Positions 9,170-20,700 of a stretch of DNA of 41,771 nt are shown piece after piece. Made by a program: the position numbers and the translations under genes. The stretch covers positions 1-41,771 of the forward strand of contig JAAPAO010000297.1 in NCBI GenBank assembly GCA_013115145.1, given 5' to 3'. Under the pieces are notes generated by a model. That model was not told the origin of the DNA. It did not search any database and saw only the letters and a program-made list of their open reading frames with translations. Each line of letters opens with the position of its first letter. Position 1 is the stretch's first letter. The DNA is from Perkinsus chesapeaki ATCC PRA-425 (Eukaryota > Protista > Perkinsozoa).

Positions 9170-11549
9170 CTACTTCTGTTCCCCTGGCGATGCTATTTGC
9201 AACATGGAGCTCACAGCTTGCCTGCATATCGGACACTTCGCAGATACATGGCCTGGTGTAGCCTCCTGGACTCGCTGAGAACATAATAATAACAACACCG
9301 ACTACTCCCTATCCACTTACCACAGCACAATCGTTACAAAGACACATATGCCGGCACGGAAGGACTACTGTTGTCCGAGGCTCACTCAGACAGATAACAC
9401 ATTCACTCGCCATGGCATCAGCCTCTTCATCGTAATCGACTAGTTTATTAACTTGCCCGATTGGCCCTGCTTCATCGCTGCTTGATTCCTCCTCAGAAGA
9501 TACTGGTGAATTTGACGTTCCATCGACAACTACTTTAAAAATGCCTCCACTGGGGATCGAACCTGCGACCACATTTACCTTTGCCCTCTACTGTATCTGT
9601 TCTATGTAGCTCCTCGTGTGGTATCATCCTTGGTGCGGCGGCCTCTATACCATATATATCATGAACATCGTAAGCTTGAGTGGAGAATAGCACCCTTTGC
9701 TTCAATACCTGATCATCAGAGCAATCGATCATACAGCAAAGAAGAAAACGGGCAGATTATCTGTCACAGATATGCCAACTTCTAGGCATTGGCATCTTCA
9801 GAGGAATTGATAGGAGATGATAATTGGAGACGAGAGCCGTCAGGTTGAGGTATCACTCTGGGGTACTTAAGGCTTCACGACAGCTCTGGGAGCATCAGCA
9901 GCACCGAGCCAGAAGGACACGAAAAAGTTACGGTGTACATTTTGAAACCAATGTTGCAGGTTGGGTGGAATACAAAGCGCCGTATAATAAGAAGATCCCT
10001 TACAACTTAGCACCCACTCATCTGACCAAGAATGTCCGCAAGAAGGCGATATTGTAAATTGAAGACCAGCATTAACGTACAAGACCATGGCACTCGGCAG
10101 GAAGAGCTCAAGTCCGACTACTTTGGACGAGGCATGATTGTTAAGTAGCATCCTATTCTCTCTCCCCCCCCCCCTCCCTTCGGCCCCCCTATCACCTTCA
10201 CATTCATCATAACATCAGACTCCTCTGCTGGTGGAAAGCTCAGATAGGTTAGTTGGCCCTATTAAAGATATGCTAGTAGGTATGATATTATATCCCTACT
10301 GTGCAGAACTCATGCAGTGCATTCTGAGTCGGTTCGGCTTTGCCTTCATAGGTCACCTCGATAACGGCTGGGTATCTATGGGAGCCTCTCACATAAGTAG
10401 TAGACGCCCACCCGGCAGGAAGGGGCTCTCGGCGATCCAGTCTCTGATCGGGGAATCTTTAGGTTAACCGTGCATGATACACAGAAGGTCCATCACTTCT
10501 TCCAATTTATCAGTAATCACTTCCTGTCCCAATCCAGCATGCGCTATGTCGTACGTGTAAGTCCGGACTGAAAACACCATCGACTCTTGTCACCGCAGTC
10601 GGTGAGTTCCCATTTTATTTCTTCAGTAGCCGAGGACACCCTTCTTACCTCCCCGGATCTCCGGGAGAGCTTCCTGTGAATTGCCCTCTACAAAATAATG
10701 CACTTTAACCGTACACGGCCCGCTGGTGTCCACCGCAAACCTCAACTTTGGTGGAGCATTTGGTCTGATCGGATATCTCAAGAAAGACTAACATTAACGG
10801 TAGGCTTACGCATCTTCTATGAGCTTGATGGTATCTTTTCGAATGTTGCATGGATTCTTAACAACACAAGTCTGTTTTATCTCAGGTATCGTCTGCATGC
10901 CATTAAACGGGCTATATGGTGCCGCCGCTCTATACGGCCTGATCAGCACTCTCACCATCCAATAGGTTCCTGGTTCGATCCTACCTCTCGTCATCTGTTG
11001 GTCCCTGAACATATCGACCGTCTCTAAACACGTACACTGGTCTTTGCTGGATTTGGGCTGCTGCCTGAGAAAGCGCGATAACAGGCCTAACCCTAACACG
11101 AGCCACTATTCACGAATGACCCTAGCACCTGACGTTGCTCTTGCTGTTGACGTAAAGGGGACTGGCCAGACCAATTTACCGTGGGCCACAGAGCATTACT
11201 GGGCTCCTGTCTAGGACCAAACGACTAATACCAATAACTATACCACTACAAACCAACAACAACATTACCGATTCTTGAGGAAGGCGTCGTTGCTCCGGAT
11301 GAGCCACGTTGGGAGGAGGAGCCTCTGCTGTAGCGGTACTAGTTGGTCTGGATATACCCATCCAAGAGACCGTTGGCCAGAGACTAAACCCTCCTGTACT
11401 GCCTCCTCCATCTCGCCGTCTAGGTTGTTGTTGAGAGACCTTACCAATAGCCTTACCACCCACAGCCCTACCCATAATGAGCCCCATACTACCTGGGACG
11501 ACCGGCCTCCTCCTGCTCCTCCTCTTTGACGTGATGAATTATTACCCAT
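9170..11549 (-). CDS. Multi-exon C3HC4 RING E3 ubiquitin ligase, MGRN1/RNF157/LOG2-like
   Basis: N-terminal MGNNSS (myristoylation-like), then [44 protein letters not shown] and the [31 protein letters not shown]...[15 protein letters not shown]; stop at 9170-9172. Confidence 0.85.
9533..9578 (-). other. 46-nt RING gene intron containing a tRNA 3' end and oligo-T
   Basis: GTAAATGTGGTCGCAGGTTCGATCCCCAGTGGAGGCATTTTTAAAG; splicing gives in-frame [15 protein letters not shown]. Confidence 0.65.
10939..10984 (+). other. 46-nt RING gene intron carrying an antisense B-box/T-loop remnant
   Basis: Intron on minus strand GTAGGATCGAACCAGGAACC...CTGATCAG; plus strand reads AGGTTCCTGGTTCGATCC at 10964-10981. 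Splicing gives [15 protein letters not shown]. Confidence 0.55.
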
Positions 11550-11641
11550 AAGGTTACTCAAAACTGATAGTCTATTATAGCAATTGATCAACTCTACATT
11601 AATTTATTCTGACACCTCTAGCCACTACCATTGCATGCTTA

Positions 11642-12144
11642 TCAATCGTCTGGATTCTCCAATGGTGGAGCATACTCTTCAACCGCCCCTAAGATCTTTG
11701 GAGCGTTACAACCATCTACTTCAGCAACCAAATCGCCATCCTAAAGATACCATTATTTCCAAAAGGATCCGAAACCGACCTTATAAAAAAGAAACCGAGG
11801 GTTGCTGGTCGTCTGGAATTTCTCGGCATATTCGGCAACTGTTTGCCGATCAATTTGTATTAGGTCAACTCGATCATCAAAACCGTCCATATTGATCTGA
11901 GTAGGTGATGAAAAGATACGAAATGAGGTCGATTGCCTGAAGATTCTTAAAGGTCGGAATGATCTGTTGACATGGACCACACCAAGAGGTGTACACGTCC
12001 ACTACATGAAGTCTTTTATCGGTTTGGTCTTCGATAACGGTCCGGAATCTAAGGTTAAGATAAGGTACCCCACAGATGCTGATAATGGCATTACTGCTCC
12101 TCGTCAGAGTAGGTCGAAACGAGGTCCTTCTTAATCGCTGCCAT
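11642..12144 (-). CDS. Thioredoxin-domain protein (WCGPC), similar in style to the NME8/TXNDC3 and dynein light-chain thioredoxins
   Basis: Four exons give MAAIKKDLVSTYSDEEQ / FRTVIEDQTDKRLHVVDVYTSWCGPCQQIIPTFKNLQ / INMDGFDDRVDLIQIDRQTVAEYAEKFQTTSNPRFLFYK / DGDLVAEVDGCNAPKILGAVEEYAPPLENPDD*. The WCGPC frame is absent from the ORF track. Confidence 0.85.
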
Positions 12145-12395
12145 AACTACTGTCTTTACTGAAAGGAAAAGGAAAAATCACTGTTACCGCGCAGGATTTT
12201 TCTCGCGCGCCACAAAATTCAATGAAGAGACGAGGAAGGGTGTCTCTTATCTCTTTTGGGGCGCCTATCAACGTTCGTGGCTAAGAACTGGAGAATATAA
12301 TAAGCTCACCGATTGGTCTAACTTAAACAATACCTCAAAGGGGGCCAAGGATTTATTGTTCTACTCACTTTCTCAGAATCTTTACGACATCCATA

Positions 12396-13310
12396 ATGAG
12401 ATCATCGCTTATTATTTGTTTTATCAACATCACTTATGAATTATCTCTAAAATCCTCTGTACAACAGCAACAACAACACACCAAACGCTCTGCCTTCTGG
12501 AAATGGCTGCAAAACCCCTTTGATTCTTCCGTGGCCGAGTCATCCGATACTGACCTAAACGTTGATAGTCTTAAATACGGACCGTTGACCGACTGGGAGA
12601 CATCTTTTGCGGGGCAAAGTATGGCAAAGAGCATTGAAAATAAACATATTTACTGTGCAACACGCAATGAAGGAGACCACATAGTGAGTTAGTTTTATAA
12701 ATTAAGAAGTAAATATTATTTTTCAGAGTATAAAGGCGTGGATGCATTCAGAGTTGGGGAAAAAGATTCCTTCGATTATACTAAGCACCTTGTAGGAACA
12801 CATTTGTTATTATTGCAGTGGACTTACTTGAATCTGTTTAGCCCCGGATGCGGTTGGATCGATGACATGGTCCACATATCGAAATTCAGTGTTAAACGTG
12901 ATTGGCAAAAAACAAGCCTTGCATATAAGATGTTACCACTGGCACTACAAGACGTAGCTTATCCACCTTTAGATGTTAATAATAAGATCTCTAAGATACG
13001 ACGGGAATGGCCGAATGCTGTGGGGGTATATTTCCGGAAGGACGATATTGATATTGATGATAGCCAACTCTTTATTGCAAATAATTTCACTGCCATACCG
13101 AAGCCTGGTAAGTATCTTTGTACAACTCGAGCACTGCATGCATCAGACAACAGTGACGGCGATTTTTACCTTTATAAGTTTCCCCTGAGTGCTGAAGATC
13201 TCGAATATACAGCTGAGCTGTCGAAATGGCTCGGGAAAGACGTACTGGATCTTTACGCCATTATCAAAGGGGGGGGAGGGGCCGGACATAAAAGGTTCCC
13301 AGGATTATAA
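12396..13310 (+). CDS. Hypothetical protein, at least two exons
   Basis: 98-aa and 190-aa ORFs separated by a GTGAGT...TTTTCAG intron-like stretch; no recognisable domain; start uncertain. Confidence 0.5.
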
Positions 13311-14799
13311 GTTGGTAGTCTCCTGCGTGGAACAAAGCCACGATGTAGTGCTTGAAGTCTGGTAGCATATAATAAGAATTGATCAGACTATCCGTATTGA
13401 ACTTATAATGCAACACTATGTATGGATGCGAGAGACAAAGGTTGGAGCAACATTGTTGAGAAAGGCACTAAAAGAGGTACGTCTAGCATTAAAGGACCCT
13501 GTTACCATAGCTTCATCAGCCATAGTTGGATACTTGAATCAATCAGATACCAAATTACTGGCCTAACACTAAATATGTGGTCTCCAATACGATGGACCGT
13601 CACGTTCCCCTTTTAGATGATCCTTATGTGGTTTCCTTGCAAGACTGTGGATTCAGGCGTACAAAGACCGACGCAAAATCCGGTAAGAGCAGTTTAGTGA
13701 TGACATATTTCAGTACCATCCTCCAACGGCGAGATGTCTCTTTTTGTCCTGTAGTCCGATTTTCCTAATATTCACTCTTCAATATCAGATGTCATTACTT
13801 ACACCTACAGCTATCAACTTAATGCGAGTTCCTGAGGTATTGGATATTCAGGATCTGCCTTAGGAGGTGCGGTATGGAATCTGATGTCCCTCAACTACCT
13901 GCTTTTCAGGTTTTTATGTTTACGTACAGCATTCCATCTTTACCGACAATCTGAAGATTTATTTTTTGTTGTTATGTTTTATCAATTGCATGCTTCATCA
14001 GATGTATTGAATCTCCCTGCCTTTTTGCGTTGTGTGTAGATCGCTGTCACTATCCTTACCGTCTCATTATTTATATTTTCATTTAACATTGCTTAATCGC
14101 TCTGTTGTATGTGGTAGAATGGGAGGGTACATAGCTCCCAGATGGCCAAGAGATGCAATTGTCACTACTAGTGGCTTAGCAAGTGGTTCCTAATACCAAC
14201 TACTCTTTTAGCCGCAACTCCGGAAGTCTTTCTATCATTCAATCGTGGAACTTCAGTAGCCCATCGGCACCTCGGATGACACCTGCTTATTAAGTCTCGG
14301 TTTCTCCCGAAAGGGGAGAGTTTCAAGAGGTGCTCACATGACAAGTCACCTAATATGCAGTCTTACCAACCTCCCCACAACCTCTGCGACGTATACGGTT
14401 CAACGCGATCGGATGATTCGTATTTTCGTTCAGTTTCATATGGGTATGAATGTTGGCAGTCATGTCAGTAGTGTGCACATTACTCTTGTGAAACTAATAA
14501 TCTTCCTCATTTCCGTAACCATCCGGTGTCGCCAAAGATATCCCTCATCCATTCCACCTCCACACCAATATGGGTCATTTAACACCGTTCGCTCCCGGTC
14601 ATCAGGCAGGACCCTAGATTCTCATCCTTAAAGCACCACTGGGTGTATCGGCAAACTGAACTGCATGAACAGTAAAGTATCATCTGCGTTTAACCCTTCT
14701 ATAGTTAATGTTGTACTGCCGCTATTTTATAACGGTTATTCCGACAAAAATGCTGCTTGTGCTTTTCCATCTTGTCCCATTTGAATTTATAATTTCTAG

Positions 14800-17700
14800 T
14801 GTCTGCTGCTGCTGGGCGAGCTTACCCACTGCACCCTTGCTCAACTCTGAGTTTAGGTGCTAGGAGACTGTCGTGGAGGGGGGGCTCTTGTGGGCTTAAA
14901 TGTATCATCGCATGGAGGCTGGGGAAGGATGTTAGCTATCATTATAGTGAGAAGAGTGTCTACTTTATATCTCGTGATGAGCTAGTGTTACCAATTTGGT
15001 GAGGGTGAATTGAGCTCGTTGTTAAACGGTGGCGTATTTGCCATGGCCGAGTGGTGTAGGATAGTTAACCTTGAAAGTATCTTTCTAATCTGACTTGTGT
15101 TTTATTAGTCAATGAAGAAGGTGTATAGACTTCAATGATAAACCCTCCATCAATCGAATCAACCTTTAACGGAGATATTCCAAGAGCCAAGAAAGAGCCT
15201 CAACGGGGGAGGGCAAGTCGACCTAAAGATACGCCTAAACTTACGTGAGCGCTTCAGGCCGAGATAGCATCTTTGGCCCTCTGGACCTCCTCCACGGCCT
15301 CTTCTGGTAGAAGCAGCCTGACCTCTGATGGCATGCGTCACTTTCAACTACTAGTGGTCCATGCTCTTTTGGGTGGGGCACTGACGGACCCTTTGAACCC
15401 ATCAAGGAGACGGAGGCTTTGTGATAGGATGGCTCAAACTGAAATTGATCTCATCACTGATGGTGATGAAGGTAAGGTTGCCTACCCCCGTGCTTCGAGG
15501 CCTTCAACTAGGCATGGTTATCGACTACGCTATATTTTCCCGATGGCTCCGGGATGTGGTGAAGGCATGGACACCTTCCGGGCAAGAGTAAGCCAATCTC
15601 ACACTACCTCATCGAAGACTGTACGTACAGGCCTGCACAGCTCCTAGAAAAGATTCAAAACAAGGTCGCTTCAGCGCCCCAAGCCTCAACCTTGATGGAG
15701 CAGCCATCGTTACTGGCCGACCCGATGGCGGTAGAGCCTTTCTTCTGGGCTGAAGAGGCCTTCGTGGAGGAATGCTCCTCTGAGTTGCTGTCTACTGCAC
15801 ACAAGGCAGCAGTAGAACTGAGACGCAGGGTCGCCGAGGTTGAGAATCCAGACCGGCATAGGGCTTTGATACGGTTCGGAGAGGTTCATCAGGGACATAC
15901 CGGAGAGGATAAGGATGCTATTGAGAGGAGTGATCATCAAGAGGTAAGAAGGTAGCAAGTGCTCCAGCTACAACAGTGTCCGGTCAGATCGCCGTGGTGG
16001 CTTCATTGACCTTGGTGAAGCTGGCCAGGGAGGCGTCGGGTGTTAAAGAAGTAGAAGGGAGAGATGTCGGCCCTTCCGTGGAGCTGTTGGCTATGAGCAG
16101 CAGGATGTGCGCTGCCCCAGGGGCTTTGTTAAAGAGTGATGAAGAGCCATTATTTGGTGTTTGTCGAAGTAAACCAATCTGTATGATGATAACAAGTAGA
16201 GGTTCGAGTGGGAGGTCAGCTACAGTGGAGAGGGTATGTAGGCTACTAGCCACTGGTGAGGTCCGAGGGTTCAAGCCGTCGGATGCTATTTGGCAGGCCC
16301 CAATGGACTCCAGCTCATCTCACCTAAATACACCTTAGAGGTCGCCATGGCCACACCGAGTAATCTTCGTACGCCACTGCAGCGATGGGCTGCGGAGGAA
16401 CTGCAGAAAGGAGAAGAGCTAACGCTGAAGGTGAAAGGAGGCTGGAGTAGGCTTCAGACTGGACCGAGGAATTTTACAAATTATAGTCAACACTCTATTC
16501 GAAAAAATTCAGATGTGGAATTAAAAATTAATATTTGCGCTCAATCGTTGTTTGTCAGATTGTGTTGGATTGCATGCTTGAAATGATTTGTCGAAGTGCC
16601 CGATGCCAACAGATTGGATTTGTTATGGAAATACCGGAGCCGATGGATGCTGAGCAGGTGAGGGGTGGGTAGAGTTAGTGATCAGGGATGGTGACAGGCG
16701 GTGGTGATACGACAATGGATGGCAGAGGTACAGGAGCTATCCAAGAAAGATACGCTAGAGGTTGATAGGATGTTCATGCCACCATCCGGAGGAGAGCGGG
16801 GAGAGGTAAACCCTTGGGGCAACTTGGAATAGCTACTCGACTCTAAAAATACGGTGAATTAACAGCTAAAGTTAGAGAGCGGCGAATCCTAATATATTAC
16901 GGCTGGAGTGGTAAAGGGAATCGACGCAATCCTTGGACACGCCAATGCCATTATGGGATAGTACCATCGCATGGTCTGTGATGGAGTAGTAGTCGTAATA
17001 GCACTTCGGAGGGTGACAGGAATGCAATGAGGGCTCAGGGTTACCGCAGCAGCAGGATGTCTTATAACCATTCACACGTTAGAGCTATTGGGAATGTTAA
17101 GCATGTTTGACCACGTAGGTGTGGTGATGCATTTTAGGAGGTTGAAGTGGGTAAGAGCGATTGGCCGACTCCTAACCCTCTTGCATTGGTCTGGCCGACA
17201 GTACAACACATTTGTATCGATCTAGCTGGTGAGGGTGGAGTGGTGGTGGATAGGGATACTGGGGGGGAGGTCACGTCACGGGACATACAGAGGTCAAAGG
17301 CCATGCTGGAGGATATCAAATTGAGGATGAGAAGGGCCGAAGAGAATCCAGATGATGATGAGGTGGTGATACGGATGGTGACAGGAATATGCTGCTTGTC
17401 AGGTCCCAGCTGAGGTAGATGAGGAGGTTCAAAGAGCGTTGAGTGGTCGATGGATGGAAGTGCCGGAGGAAGGTTTTACTGGGTTGGATGAAGCAACAGA
17501 TACCTTGGAGGCCATCGCCAAGGAGTACTTCATGGATACTGTCAAGAATGACATCTTTACCTGTTTGGATCTGCACAGGGGTGGCCATTGGTTGGGTAGC
17601 GGGCACGAGAGTGAGGCATGGCAGTTGATAGAGCGATTGGCAAATGCAACAGAAGCAGCAGCAGTGGCATTGGAAATCGGGGATGTCCCTGATGGGGTGG

Positions 17701-20700
17701 GGATAGTTGATGATGGTGGTGTTGTTATCAATAGTGATGGCCATGATGAATGGCAACTAGCTGAGCAAGTGAAGGTGATGACATCTACCTTGGCTGGGGA
17801 GTCGCCGGTGGGAATGCCGGAGCCATTAGATGGAGGAGGACGAGAACCAAGGGACCTATTGAGGATGGGGTAGGGACTACCGGCTCTTTGCCATCCTGCT
17901 GTAGTGTCGGTGATATCTAGCCATTTGATAGATACGATGAGGAGGGGGGTGAGGCCGGCAGACTGAGTAGGTTCTGGTCACAGTACCGTCAACATTGCCC
18001 AGTTGCCTATGTGGATGATGGTGTGATAGTAGAAGGGGAAGTCGAGTATGCTGTCTCCTGGGCTGAGGTGGTCTTTATGTGCTCAAGTGGGGAGAGGAGG
18101 AAGCAGTTCATGAGGAATCCTAGAAAGTAACCACCTTTGAGAGGGAAGCTTGGCTCGCGATGTTGGTGGCAGATACGCCTCGGCTATCCCTTCGTTCAGT
18201 GCAGCGGGGCGTAAGATGGGGGTGGCTGTGGTGGGGTGTAGACTGGCGGGAAAGAGGACATTGGCGAAGGCGTTGGTTGATAAGATAGGAGGGGTTAAGG
18301 TGATAGAGAGGCATGGGGAAGGGTGGTGGATGGAGGAAGCTGCTGGACAGCTAGAGGTGTCAGAAAACATTAAGGTGTTGGAAGAGTGGAGGGAAAGGAA
18401 GGATAACAGACCTGAAGGAGAGGGTGAAGAGGAGGAAAGTGCTAAGCAAGATGAGGAGGAGGGTCTACCTCCTCCAGAGGGGTTGAAGGGGCCTGCCAGC
18501 CACTACCTGCTGGTGGGGCCGAGTAGGGTGGATATCGATAATTGGCGAGAAAAAGTTGGTATGAAGATTGCTATGGTTATATTGCTAGATGAGGAGGATG
18601 ATGATAAGGTGTTGGATATTATAAAGGGAAGGATGTCGGTGAGGAAGGAGGAAGAGGATGGGCAACAGCAGCAGGAGGAGGAGGAGGATGCGATGGAGAA
18701 GCGGAGTATAGATGAAGAAGTAATGGATACTATGAGTCATGTTATTATATATTTTATAGATTATTGCGGAGCTGTCGGCGGCAAGAGACCTTTCTACTGC
18801 ACTTGGTGTCAGAGTAATCCGGCTGTCGATGGTAAGGAGTGTAGATGAGCTAACAAAGACAGTGGTGGATGATATAGATCCGTTCATAAGAGACAGGTGG
18901 GCTAGTGGGAGGAGGAGGAGGCAAACGATTATTGTTATTAGGGTTGATGATGAGAAGGTCTGTGAAGGTGTACCAGAGCCTTGGCTACCTTCCGAGGAGA
19001 TGCCGGGACCACATCCACTGTCGAGCTTCATTAAATACTCTCCTTTATGTGGTCCATACTGTCCTGTTACCCTCATCGATGACAACTGGCTCTTCCCTGG
19101 GCAGGTGGGAGGGCACTAGTTGGGCTTTGCTGCTGAGGCATCTTGGTCATCATAGGTTCGACCGGGAGAGGGAGACGCCCAGTGGGTTAGTGTAAACGGC
19201 AGGATCATTGGTATGGCTGATGGAGAGACTAAAGTAGGGTCAAGAAATGTAGAGATGCGGCAGGCCTTGTGTGTTATCATCAGGACAAGTTCGTATCTAA
19301 GGTTGAAGCGTGCATGACAAGCCTGAGGGAGAGGTGGAGTGAAGGAGGGTCGCTGGCTGTACCACCTTGTCGAGTGATGGTTATTGGCGCGGAAGGCAGT
19401 AGGCAGTGTTGCGGTGTCTTATGGTGATGGTCCCTACCGCTCAGCTGGTGTTAACGATATCTGTAGAAGGCTTGGAGAGGAGGGGGGCATGGAGGTGATT
19501 AGACTACAAGACAGGTGGGGAGTGATGGGGTGGTGGGTAGGGAGGGGATGCTGGTAGGTATAGGAGAGTGATGGAGGAGATGATGAAGGATAAGAGAGAG
19601 AGGATTGAGGATGATAGGAAGGCTAAGAAAAGACAGCAGCAGCAGGAGAAGGAGGAGGCTGATGGTAGCGAGGGGGAGGAGCAAGGCCAAGGGGAGGGGG
19701 AGCCACCAGAGGATCTCCCAGAAGGACAGGAGGAGGAGGAGCCAATACCTCCCCCTACAGATGAGGAGATGCAAGAGCTTCGTCGAGGGGCATTCTTAAA
19801 GGTGATGGTGGTATTGAGGATGGACCCTCAGTGGCTTGCCTCAGGTATTACCACCTACTCTTGGTCCATGTGTTATCGATGCCACTTGGATGAAGACCAC
19901 TGAAGAGGAGGAGGGTGGTGGTGGATCTACATTGGAGGAGTTGATGGTTGGCTGTAGGAGGCTACCTGAGGCGGCTGTGGTATGGGATCGGTGGGCGGGA
20001 GGGAAGGCTGATGCTGCTGCTAGCAGGTGTTGTCGGGAAGCGCTAGCGATGCGGTGGCAGCCTGTCTTGATTTGAAGAAGATCGATGAGGAGGCTGGAAA
20101 GGAACTGGAAAGAAAGCGTGAAGAGAGGGCGAAGAGGATGGAGGAGCGAGAGAGGTAGGGCCAGCAGCAACCTGACCTACTTTGAATCTTTATGTAGGCT
20201 CTTAGCCCTGCCTGAGCCACCAGAGGATATCCCAGAGATTGAGGATGAGATTGAAGAGCCGGAGGAGCGTCCCAGTGAGGTGGGCTTCATCCACTGCCAT
20301 CCGCACTGAGCAAGTTATGCAAGGTGGCCAAGAGGGAGTTCCTCGAGCGTCAAGAAAAGGCAATTGTCGGCATATCGGAGACTGTGGTCTGTCTCAAAAG
20401 GATGGGGGTGCCTGTTACTGAAATAGGGTAAGCTGATGTCCGTTGGGTTTGTACACATCAGTGATGGTGCTTAGATGCCACTGTTAGGTCCGGGGGTTTG
20501 TACACAGTAGTGTTAGTGCTTAGATGCCATTGTTAGGTCCGGTGGTCTGGCTTTCCGTCACACTCGACACGCTTTAAGGGGGCATGTATTCAGTCGGGAC
20601 AGAAGGAATCTTATCTTCAAGCACGTCTGTTTGCCGGTAGGATGTAATTAGACGATTGATGATGGTCGAGCAGCAGATCTCGATGAGTGAGGTGGAGGCT

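Noticed and set aside
19155-19175. GGTTCGACCGGG B-box-like motif
   Set aside because: It straddles an acceptor and reads as exon VRPGEGDAQW; it also lacks the final C of the consensus.
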